Shown piece after piece: positions 9,454 to 16,800 of a stretch of DNA of 64,000 bases. Where the stretch lies: the NCBI GenBank assembly GCA_963663385.2, contig CAXXXD010000004.1, forward strand, positions 288,001 to 352,000. The letters run 5' to 3'. The position numbers and the translations under genes were made by a program. The DNA is from Oceanispirochaeta sp. GTDB lineage: Bacteria > Spirochaetota > Spirochaetia > DSM-2461. The notes beneath the pieces were generated by a model. That model saw nothing but the letters and a program-made list of their open reading frames with translations, was not told where the DNA came from and did no database searches. Within the stretch, counting starts at the first letter, position 1; each line of letters starts with the position of its first letter.

Positions 9454-12324
9454 ATGACAGGGGGAGGATACGTGAATTCCAAAAAAATTAAAAAGACTCT
9501 GGCTGGCGTACTGGCAACGGCGGCTTTCTTGCTCTTTATCCTATTAATCGCCGGAGCTTCGGGTGTGAAAAGGGGTCCGGGGTATTTCCTGTTCCAGTCC
9601 TTTCATCTGGCTTCATTTTATATACCCGTTTATCTGCTGATCTGTGCCTATGTGCTCCTGGCTGAAAAAAGCCATAAACTGTTGGCGGGACTGAACTTTT
9701 CACTTCTCCCTTTTTTAACCTTTACTCTGCTGCTGCATGTTCTGACAGGTAACCGGAGCATCCCTGTTTCAAGAGTTCTGGTTCTGGAAATCGGTAAATT
9801 TGTATCATCTCTCTTTCTTCTTCTGCTGCTGGGGGTGGAAGCGGCCCTGATTTATAGACTGTGTAATATTCTTTTCCCCCATGAGAAATGGATTCCCGAA
9901 ACATCCGCAGGATTTTATAAAATTCCCGGAAAGATCTTTTCTCTGAAAGAAACAGTAACCAGCTTCCTGTCACGCTCTCCATCAAACGAGGCCGAAGGAG
10001 AGGACCGGGAAGAGGAATCCGTTCCTGTTCAAAGGGAGGTTTTTCCCTTTCCGGATCTGCCGGCCCCTCCGGAGCCGGTGAAGGATGTGGATGACAGCGA
10101 AATCCAGTCCCTGATTTCATCGGTTCTCAACCCGAAGCCTTCTTTTCCGGAAAAAGCTGCTTTCGATCCGGTTCCCCTGGTGAAAAAAGAGGAGAAGAGG
10201 AGCTTTAATCCCGAGAAAACACTCAGTATCGACGAAGTAATGGAAAGAGAGGACCCCGTGAGGGCCTTCGATCCGGTTCCGGTTTCTGACCCGGGGATTG
10301 ATTTTCTGCTGAACCCGGTCGGGGATAAATCTGTCGCCGAAATGCCTGAGTCTGAAATTGGTGATAAGGAGCCCGTTTTCCGGGAATCCCGTGCTGTTTC
10401 CTCCGGATTATCCGGACCAATGGATTCTGATGAGCCTGATGATCCTTTTCAGGATTCTGAATACACCGAAGAGTTTGATTCCCCTGTTGAACATGAGCCT
10501 GCGGAATTCGGGACACCCCTGACTGAATCCGAACCGGAGGAGTCTGATGATCCGGACATCCCCGCCGGAAATGAAGAGTATGACTTTGAGGATGAACTGT
10601 CTGATTCAGAGGATGACGAGTATGAAAACTCCGGATACATCTCCGACCGGATGGATGAACTGGACTCCTGGCGTACCCCTTCTTTTCAGGAGGATGAACC
10701 TGTAATGGTGGAAGATCTGGATGATGCGGAGGATGAGGACTCTGCCTTTCCGGATGATTATGATGAGGAAACGGAATCTTCCTTTTCTATCGAAGCCAAG
10801 CTCAGCCCCGAAGGGGAGACAGAGAGAATGGGTATCGCGCCGAAAGGGCTTCCTCCCAGGCACCGCCGCTGGCAGAAGTATGAGGTTCCTGTAACTGGTC
10901 TGCTGAAGGAGTATCCCGATGAGGGGTTTGACCAGATTGATGAACATACACGACGGTCGGCCCGGGCGCTGGAAGAGACCCTTCTGGAGTTTAAAATCGA
11001 TGCTAAAGTAACGGGTATTTCCAAGGGGCCTGTTATTACCATGTTTGAAATTCAGCCGGCCCCGGGTGTAAAGGTCTCCCGCATTGTGAACCTTCAGGAT
11101 AACCTGGCTCTGCGTCTGGCTTCCTCCCGTATCCGTATTGTCGCTCCCATACCCGGCAAGCAGGCCATCGGTATTGAAGTTCCCAATAAGAAGCGCTCCA
11201 TCGTCTCTTTCAGTCAGCTGGCTTCTTCAGATGATTATACGGAAGGCGATTTCGAAATTCCCGTTATCCTGGGAAAGGATATCAGCGGTGGCAACCAGGT
11301 TATCGATCTGGCCCGGACGCCCCACCTGCTTATTGCCGGTTCCACCGGTTCGGGTAAATCGGTCTGTGTCAACTCTCTGATCTGTTCCATTCTGTTTCAG
11401 AAGTCTCCCCGGGATGTGAAGCTGATGATGGTGGATCCCAAGATTGTAGAGCTGAAGCTGTATAACGATATTCCCCACCTGCTCACACCGGTTATAACGG
11501 AGCCCAAACGGGCCTTTCAGGCGGTTCAGTGGTGTCTGTACGAAATGGAGAGGCGTTACTCCCTGCTGGATTCTATGGGAGTCCGGGATATCAAGAGCTA
11601 TAACAAGAGGATCAGGGAGAGGGATATTGCCACGACCAAGCTTCCCTATATTGTTCTCGTGATTGATGAGTTTGCCGACCTGATGGCAACCTCGGGCAAG
11701 GAGCTGGAGGGCATTGTGGCCCGCCTGGCGGCCATGTCCCGTGCGGTGGGGATTCACCTGGTTCTGGCGACCCAGAGGCCGTCTATCGATGTTATTACCG
11801 GTCTGATCAAGGCCAACTTCCCCTCCCGGATTGCCTTTATGGTGGCCAGCAAGACCGACTCCCGCATAATTATCGATATGATGGGGGCGGAAAAGCTGCT
11901 GGGCAAGGGGGATATGCTCTTTACCTCAGCCTGGGACCCCTTTCCCTCCCGAATGCAGGGGGCCTTCCTGTCCGAGGATGAGGTGGAGCGGGTTGTCTCC
12001 TATGTGAAGACACTGGGAGAGCCGGAATATATCGACGATGAGATTTTTCTGGATGAAGAGGATGAATACAGTAGTGACGGGGGAGGGGACAGTTCCTTCA
12101 GCGATCCATTGTACAACAAGTCTCTGGAAATAGTGATGCAGTCCGGGAAAGCTTCAGCTTCCTACCTTCAGCGGCGGCTGAAAATCGGTTACAACCGGGC
12201 GGCCCGGCTGGTGGAAGAGATGGAGATCCGCGGTATCGTGGGGCCCCAGAACGGTTCCAAGCCCCGGGAGGTTATCCATATCCCCGATATGCCGGGCAGC
12301 CGGGTGCTGAACGGGGAGGAGTAG
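9454..12324 (+). CDS. ftsK: DNA translocase FtsK/SpoIIIE
   Basis: N-terminal TM segments, acidic linker, HLLIAGSTGSGKS, IDEFADLM, LATQRPS, gamma domain LQRRLKIGYNRAARL. Confidence 0.96.
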   Translation: MTGGGYVNSKKIKKTLAGVLATAAFLLFILLIAGASGVKRGPGYFLFQSFHLASFYIPVYLLICAYVLLAEKSHKLLAGLNFSLLPFLTFTLLLHVLTGNRSIPVSRVLVLEIGKFVSSLFLLLLLGVEAALIYRLCNILFPHEKWIPETSAGFYKIPGKIFSLKETVTSFLSRSPSNEAEGEDREEESVPVQREVFPFPDLPAPPEPVKDVDDSEIQSLISSVLNPKPSFPEKAAFDPVPLVKKEEKRSFNPEKTLSIDEVMEREDPVRAFDPVPVSDPGIDFLLNPVGDKSVAEMPESEIGDKEPVFRESRAVSSGLSGPMDSDEPDDPFQDSEYTEEFDSPVEHEPAEFGTPLTESEPEESDDPDIPAGNEEYDFEDELSDSEDDEYENSGYISDRMDELDSWRTPSFQEDEPVMVEDLDDAEDEDSAFPDDYDEETESSFSIEAKLSPEGETERMGIAPKGLPPRHRRWQKYEVPVTGLLKEYPDEGFDQIDEHTRRSARALEETLLEFKIDAKVTGISKGPVITMFEIQPAPGVKVSRIVNLQDNLALRLASSRIRIVAPIPGKQAIGIEVPNKKRSIVSFSQLASSDDYTEGDFEIPVILGKDISGGNQVIDLARTPHLLIAGSTGSGKSVCVNSLICSILFQKSPRDVKLMMVDPKIVELKLYNDIPHLLTPVITEPKRAFQAVQWCLYEMERRYSLLDSMGVRDIKSYNKRIRERDIATTKLPYIVLVIDEFADLMATSGKELEGIVARLAAMSRAVGIHLVLATQRPSIDVITGLIKANFPSRIAFMVASKTDSRIIIDMMGAEKLLGKGDMLFTSAWDPFPSRMQGAFLSEDEVERVVSYVKTLGEPEYIDDEIFLDEEDEYSSDGGGDSSFSDPLYNKSLEIVMQSGKASASYLQRRLKIGYNRAARLVEEMEIRGIVGPQNGSKPREVIHIPDMPGSRVLNGEE

Positions 12325-12384
12325 GGCTGAGAAAAGATATGGAGGTTTCCTACCATTCTAACGGATCAATGATCTTTATATCTT

Positions 12385-12717
12385 CTACCTTTTTAAGATC
12401 TCTTTGTCTGCTGTAACCAGAGTCAGATCTTTTTCGATAGCGGTAGCCACGATAATTGCGTCGGGAATTTTCAGTCCATACTTTTTCCGGACGAAGATAG
12501 ACCGCTCAGTAATGTCTCCGTCTGTTTCAAACTCAATCAGGTCACTGACAAAACGTCGAATCATAAATTCCTGATCTTCATTATTCTTCCCGCAACTCAG
12601 CTCTATATGAGAAATAAAGGAGAGATATAATTCATCTTCAAAAGAAATCTTTTCAAAGAGAGGGAAAATGCCTTCAAGGCAGTATACAACAGCGTTGGTA
12701 TCCAACAGATATCTCAT
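12385..12717 (-). CDS. vapC: VapC-like PIN domain toxin (C-terminus probably frameshifted)
   Basis: YLLDTN, IEL, KIPDAIIVATA, LVTAD motifs. Confidence 0.85.
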   Translation of the reverse strand: MRYLLDTNAVVYCLEGIFPLFEKISFEDELYLSFISHIELSCGKNNEDQEFMIRRFVSDLIEFETDGDITERSIFVRKKYGLKIPDAIIVATAIEKDLTLVTADKEILKR

Positions 12718-12959
12718 CTGTTATCCCATTCTTTTCGTAATTTCCTCTGGTATTCGACTCCATCGACACCCCAACCTTTTAATGATCCCTGAAGCGCCTT
12801 AAGTCTTTTAAAGCGGGCTTTTCTGTCTTCAGTACCTTTCGGGCGAACGATGATTGTTACATCCTGAGGATCAAGAGGAAGATCTTTATCCTCGATCACC
12901 AGGTGATGATTCTGGTCGATACGTCCTGATAACTCATAATTTTCCATTTCCAATGACAT
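12714..12959 (-). CDS. Putative antitoxin of the PIN toxin
   Basis: 81-aa ORF overlapping the toxin start (ATGA). C-terminal DGVEYQRKLRKEW; AGGGG RBS. Confidence 0.7.
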   Translation of the reverse strand: MSLEMENYELSGRIDQNHHLVIEDKDLPLDPQDVTIIVRPKGTEDRKARFKRLKALQGSLKGWGVDGVEYQRKLRKEWDNR

Positions 12960-13109
12960 ACTTGTTCCCCTTGGGTCCTTTAACATTAATATATCACTTT
13001 TACACCTGTTCTTACAGGATGGCTTCAAACATGTTACATTATTATTTACAGTTCGCTGTAAGCGCAAGCCCACTCCTGCGGTCGTTAAGAGGGACATACG
13101 TTGTTTTTT

Positions 13110-13216
13110 TCAGAACCGGAGCCACGACGGCGGAGGGGCGGCCTGCGGTACCTGCCGGAAAGACTTCTTCAACGTGAAATGTTATTCCGGCGAAAAATGA
13201 AATTGGGAATCATAAC
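13110..13216. repeat. 107-bp direct repeat copy 1
   Basis: Colinear with 22237-22343; 12 mismatches in 107 by manual alignment. Confidence 0.93.
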
Positions 13217-13268
13217 AAGAATGTTGCTGCCGTTTCCCTTCGGTCACAGCAGAACAATGGTGTTATGA
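13210..13268. repeat. attC-like 59-bp hairpin 1
   Basis: TCATAAC-N6-GTT(G)CTGC...GCAGAAC-N6-GTTATGA, 4 bp past the immunity gene stop. Confidence 0.7.
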
Positions 13269-13272
13269 ATAA

Positions 13273-13593
13273 CTAAATCTCTTTGATAGTGGACTTGGAA
13301 GGACTGCTCCAAGATATTTTTTTATATTTACCTTTAATCTTTCCTTTTTCGCGATATTCCTCAAACTGCTCGGAAGGACTCCAGTCTTTACCAGCAGAAA
13401 AATACACATCCAAATCGTTTAACTTAATAAATTTTTCAATTTTATCTTCTGTATCAGAATATGGTATAGACCAATATTCTGGGTAATCACTATCTATACT
13501 TGCTTCTAATTCCAATAGTTTTGTTTCAAAAGATTTTGTGACATTTTTTATATATATCTTATCAGTTACAAAAACAACATATGGATTAATCAT
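13273..13593 (-). CDS. Putative immunity protein for Rhs-CT1
   Basis: 106-aa AT-rich ORF directly downstream of the Rhs tip, with a GGAGG RBS. Confidence 0.7.
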   Translation of the reverse strand: MINPYVVFVTDKIYIKNVTKSFETKLLELEASIDSDYPEYWSIPYSDTEDKIEKFIKLNDLDVYFSAGKDWSPSEQFEEYREKGKIKGKYKKISWSSPSKSTIKEI

Positions 13594-13607
13594 CGATTTA
13601 TTCCCTC

Positions 13608-14594
13608 CTATCTTGTTGGAATTGAATTAATAATCATTTCTGGTCCTCCACCGGGAAGTCCTTTTCCTCCACCTTGAAAGAACTCATTTCCACCAGCAAT
13701 AGGACTTCTTGGAGCCATCTCTTTTATACCAGAAACTTCAGTAATTCTAAATCCATTCCCTAAGGTCCCGGGATTAAGGCCTAATACTTTCTCCAATGCC
13801 ACACCTTGCTGTTTTGAATTAAAAGAACCAGGAGAGAAGTTCCCTATTGCACCTGTAAGCGCTTTTTTATCTGTTATATAAGTTCCAGAACGCCCAATGG
13901 AATCAAATTCTTTAAACCATGATTCAGGAGATACGTTATATCCGACGTTCATTTCTAACATATTTTGCTGTCTAGATGTAAAGAGATTTTTTAGTGAAGG
14001 GTTATTAAAAACACTATCTGCATTAAGGCCACCCACTCCCAGCATACATAGATCAAGAAAGGTTCCGACTGCTAGTGACTTAGCATCTCCTGGGGGTAAA
14101 TATTCTCCATTGGGTCCGTGATAACCAGAATCCCAACCATTTGTCATTCCATTAACAAGTGCACCAACGCCAAGCCCCATATCATAAAGTAGCTTTTCAA
14201 ACGGTCCAAGTGCTGGCATATAACCACTAGCTTGTGGCCCTGCCGGTGTTACTTCTCCTAAGTTCTCTGGAGCTAATGGATCATTGGGTTTATCATCACC
14301 ATCGTCGTCATCATCTTTCTCTATAGGTCGTTTAGAATCTGAATCATATTCACCAGATTCTTCACTAGATAATCCAAAGATCAACCCCGTCGGATCTACA
14401 TATTTAATAGGATTGTTCGAGGTGTAAACATACCAGTTTTGCCCGTCTCTAGCCGGATCTTCAGATATAAATCTCCCCGTATCCGCATCATACCACCTAG
14501 CATTGTAGTAATAATCACCCTCTCCCCCTAAATCGTTGCAAAAAGGAGACCTGCAAGGAGGCGTTGAAACTGGAATTTCTCTAGTAGCTGTCAT
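13608..14594 (-). CDS. Orphan Rhs core + C-terminal putative toxin (CT1)
   Basis: YYYNARWYDADTGRFISEDP...NNPIKYVDPTGL core followed by a variable tip. The first 27 aa are not Rhs-like and the start is uncertain. Confidence 0.85.
   Translation of the reverse strand: MTATREIPVSTPPCRSPFCNDLGGEGDYYYNARWYDADTGRFISEDPARDGQNWYVYTSNNPIKYVDPTGLIFGLSSEESGEYDSDSKRPIEKDDDDDGDDKPNDPLAPENLGEVTPAGPQASGYMPALGPFEKLLYDMGLGVGALVNGMTNGWDSGYHGPNGEYLPPGDAKSLAVGTFLDLCMLGVGGLNADSVFNNPSLKNLFTSRQQNMLEMNVGYNVSPESWFKEFDSIGRSGTYITDKKALTGAIGNFSPGSFNSKQQGVALEKVLGLNPGTLGNGFRITEVSGIKEMAPRSPIAGGNEFFQGGGKGLPGGGPEMIINSIPTR
14432..14513. repeat. 82-bp Rhs-core direct repeat copy 1
   Basis: 72/82 identical to 23589-23670 by manual alignment. 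Confidence 0.9.
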
Positions 14595-14611
14595 GGTACG
14601 TTAATAAACTA

Positions 14612-15631
14612 TCATTTACCTATCTTACGGGCAAGCGCTTTTCTATTCTTCTCTCTTTGCTTCAGACTGTCCCGAACCAGAGTTTCCAGTGAATCAAGAT
14701 AGGAGTCGGTCACCTCGGCGAAATGGAAATTCTCCCTGGGATGGTACTGCCTGTAGGAAGCCTTGATGTTCTCTTCGCTTTGCCGGGAGTAAACCACCGT
14801 GGTTTCCACCGATTCATGCCCCAAAAGCTCCTGAACATAGCGGATCTCCGCCCCGTGGGCCAGAAGATGGGAAGCACAGCCGTGCCGGAGGGAGTGGACG
14901 GTCAGCCCTTTCCGGTAGAGTCCGCACTTTTCACTCAGCAGTTTAAACCGTTTGTTGATCCCTCCGTGAGTAAACCGGTAGCCCCCGGAAAGGATCAGAG
15001 GCCTGTGGTGTGCTTTCACGCCTTCCAGATACTTATCCAGAAACCAGGCGGCCGCCTTGGTCACTGGGACCCGGCGGTCCTTGGAAAACTTGCTCTGGTG
15101 GATCCACAATAACCGGCTGGCCGGATCGTAATCTTTCACATCCAGATGGGCCGCTTCGGAAGACCGGAGACCGGAAGAGTAAATCAGTTCAAACAGGGCC
15201 CTGTCCCGGAGCCCCAGGGGCTGGTGAATATCGATGGAATCCAGAAAGAGTGCGGTCTCGTCCTCACTCAAAACTTCTTTGATCCGCTCCTGCCGTTTCC
15301 CGAAGCGGACTGTCTCCACCGGTGAGGACAAAACCAGGTTGTTTTCATACAAACAGAGATAGAACTTTTTCACGGAGGTGAAAATACTCATCCTCGTTGA
15401 GTCCTTGTAGCCCCGTCCTCTCTCTCCGGGATGCTCCTGCAGCCAGGAAAGGAAGGAGACAATATCACTCCTTTTCACATCCCGGATGTCTTTCGTGCCA
15501 GTTTCATCCAAAAAGGTAAAGAAGGGGGTAAGCTGAGCTTTCTTTGTCCGAATAGTTCCCTCTTTAAATCCCTGGGCCTTCAGGTATCCGGCGAAAAGGG
15601 AAAGGGCTTTCTGCCTTGAGAGTCTTTTCAT
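14612..15631 (-). CDS. Tyrosine recombinase (XerC/D-like) 2
   Basis: YSSGLRSSE, HSLRH, LLGHESVETTVVY catalytic residues. ATGA overlap with the upstream recombinase. Confidence 0.93.
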   Translation of the reverse strand: MKRLSRQKALSLFAGYLKAQGFKEGTIRTKKAQLTPFFTFLDETGTKDIRDVKRSDIVSFLSWLQEHPGERGRGYKDSTRMSIFTSVKKFYLCLYENNLVLSSPVETVRFGKRQERIKEVLSEDETALFLDSIDIHQPLGLRDRALFELIYSSGLRSSEAAHLDVKDYDPASRLLWIHQSKFSKDRRVPVTKAAAWFLDKYLEGVKAHHRPLILSGGYRFTHGGINKRFKLLSEKCGLYRKGLTVHSLRHGCASHLLAHGAEIRYVQELLGHESVETTVVYSRQSEENIKASYRQYHPRENFHFAEVTDSYLDSLETLVRDSLKQREKNRKALARKIGK

Positions 15632-16674
15632 CTCCTTTTTCCCAGCTGTCTGGGATGGTGGCGGTCCAGCTGCTCCTTTACCTCTTTCACATCCACTTTG
15701 GTGTAAATCTCGGTGTTCCCGATGGCCCGGTGCCCCAGGATCTGCTGAATCTGCCTCAAGGGGCAGCCTTGTTTCAGAAGATGGTAGCCCAGACAGTGCC
15801 GGAGGCTGTGGGCTGTCATAAAAGGAATTCCGACTTCTTCGCAAGCCTCTTTCAGATCCCTGTTGAAAGCCTTTCCCAGTTCATCCGAGGAAGAGCCGAA
15901 AAGCCTTTCCCTGTTGCTCTTGCCGGTCAGGATCTCATCCCGAACGGTTAGAAACCGCCTTAATACACTGGCGGCGTAGTCGTTCAGGTAGACCTTCCGG
16001 TCGAATCCTCCCTTGCCGGAGATAACGGTGATCTCTTTCCTTTCAAGATTCAGGTTCTCTTCCTGAAGGTCAGCCGCTTCGCTGATTCGGAGGCCCGAGG
16101 CGTAAAGCAGCTCGGCCAGCACATGGGTCAAATACCGCCTTTTCCGGGCTTTCAGTCCCTTCACGGCAGAGAAGTCCGCCAGACGGGAGAGAAGCCGGGC
16201 CAGTTCTTTCTCCATGGGTAAATCCCTGGGAATGATCCTTTCACCCCGGGGAGCTTTGACGGCGGTAAAGGGATCGGAAACAAGCTTTCCCGAATCCCTC
16301 ATCCACCGGCTGAAGGAGGAAGCGGCCTGACGGTAGGAAGCCAGGGTGTTTACCCTGTAGTCTTCTCCGCTTCCGGTTCCCCGTTCTGTAAGGTGTGCCA
16401 TGAAGCCTCTGGCCGCCCGGATGTCCGTCTGATCCGCCGTCAGTCCTTCTTCTTCCAGATAGGCCAGAAAATGGGGAATCCGGCTGTGGGCGTTCCGGAG
16501 AGCCTGGGAAGAAGCTCCCAGGGCTTTTTTCTCTTCCAGATAGCTGTCTAGCAGGGTTTGATGGGCTTTATGTATGTTTCCTGCGCTTCCGGACACTTCC
16601 CTTCGGGAAGTTCCTGCCGCTTTATGAGAAAAGGAACCCTGACGCTCTCGCGTCAGCCTTTTATCATTATTCAT
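15628..16674 (-). CDS. Tyrosine recombinase (XerC/D-like) 1
   Basis: LYASGLRISE, GKG, HSLRH, ILGHRAIGNTEIY. Confidence 0.93.
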   Translation of the reverse strand: MNNDKRLTRERQGSFSHKAAGTSRREVSGSAGNIHKAHQTLLDSYLEEKKALGASSQALRNAHSRIPHFLAYLEEEGLTADQTDIRAARGFMAHLTERGTGSGEDYRVNTLASYRQAASSFSRWMRDSGKLVSDPFTAVKAPRGERIIPRDLPMEKELARLLSRLADFSAVKGLKARKRRYLTHVLAELLYASGLRISEAADLQEENLNLERKEITVISGKGGFDRKVYLNDYAASVLRRFLTVRDEILTGKSNRERLFGSSSDELGKAFNRDLKEACEEVGIPFMTAHSLRHCLGYHLLKQGCPLRQIQQILGHRAIGNTEIYTKVDVKEVKEQLDRHHPRQLGKRR

Positions 16675-16800
16675 GCTCTGTCTCTCTCCGGGATTTTGTA
16701 CCCACTTTCTCCTAAACCTTTACCGGATTTAACTTTAAGCCGAATAGTCGGCCTGTACCCGGTTTTCCCACTTTCGGCTAATCCCTTACCAGAACAACAA

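Noticed and set aside
10159..10281. Repeated AFDPVP peptide in the FtsK linker
   Set aside because: A short duplication in a low-complexity linker, which is ordinary for FtsK.
12960..13177. ORF 12854-13177 (+) and the 5' extension of ORF 12714-13097
   Set aside because: They cross the promoter and repeat region and have no recognisable motifs.
15632..15844. N-terminal extension of the second recombinase ORF
   Set aside because: It overlaps the first recombinase; ATGA coupling at 15628-15631 gives the start.
14612..16674. Chromosomal xerC/xerD or integron integrase
   Set aside because: The pair is coupled to a primase/parA operon inside an island. I found no dif-like 11-6-11 site and no IntI-specific insertion, so gene symbols are withheld.
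9454..16674. Functional link between ftsK and the adjacent Xer-like recombinases
   Set aside because: Only proximity supports it; no dif site is visible.
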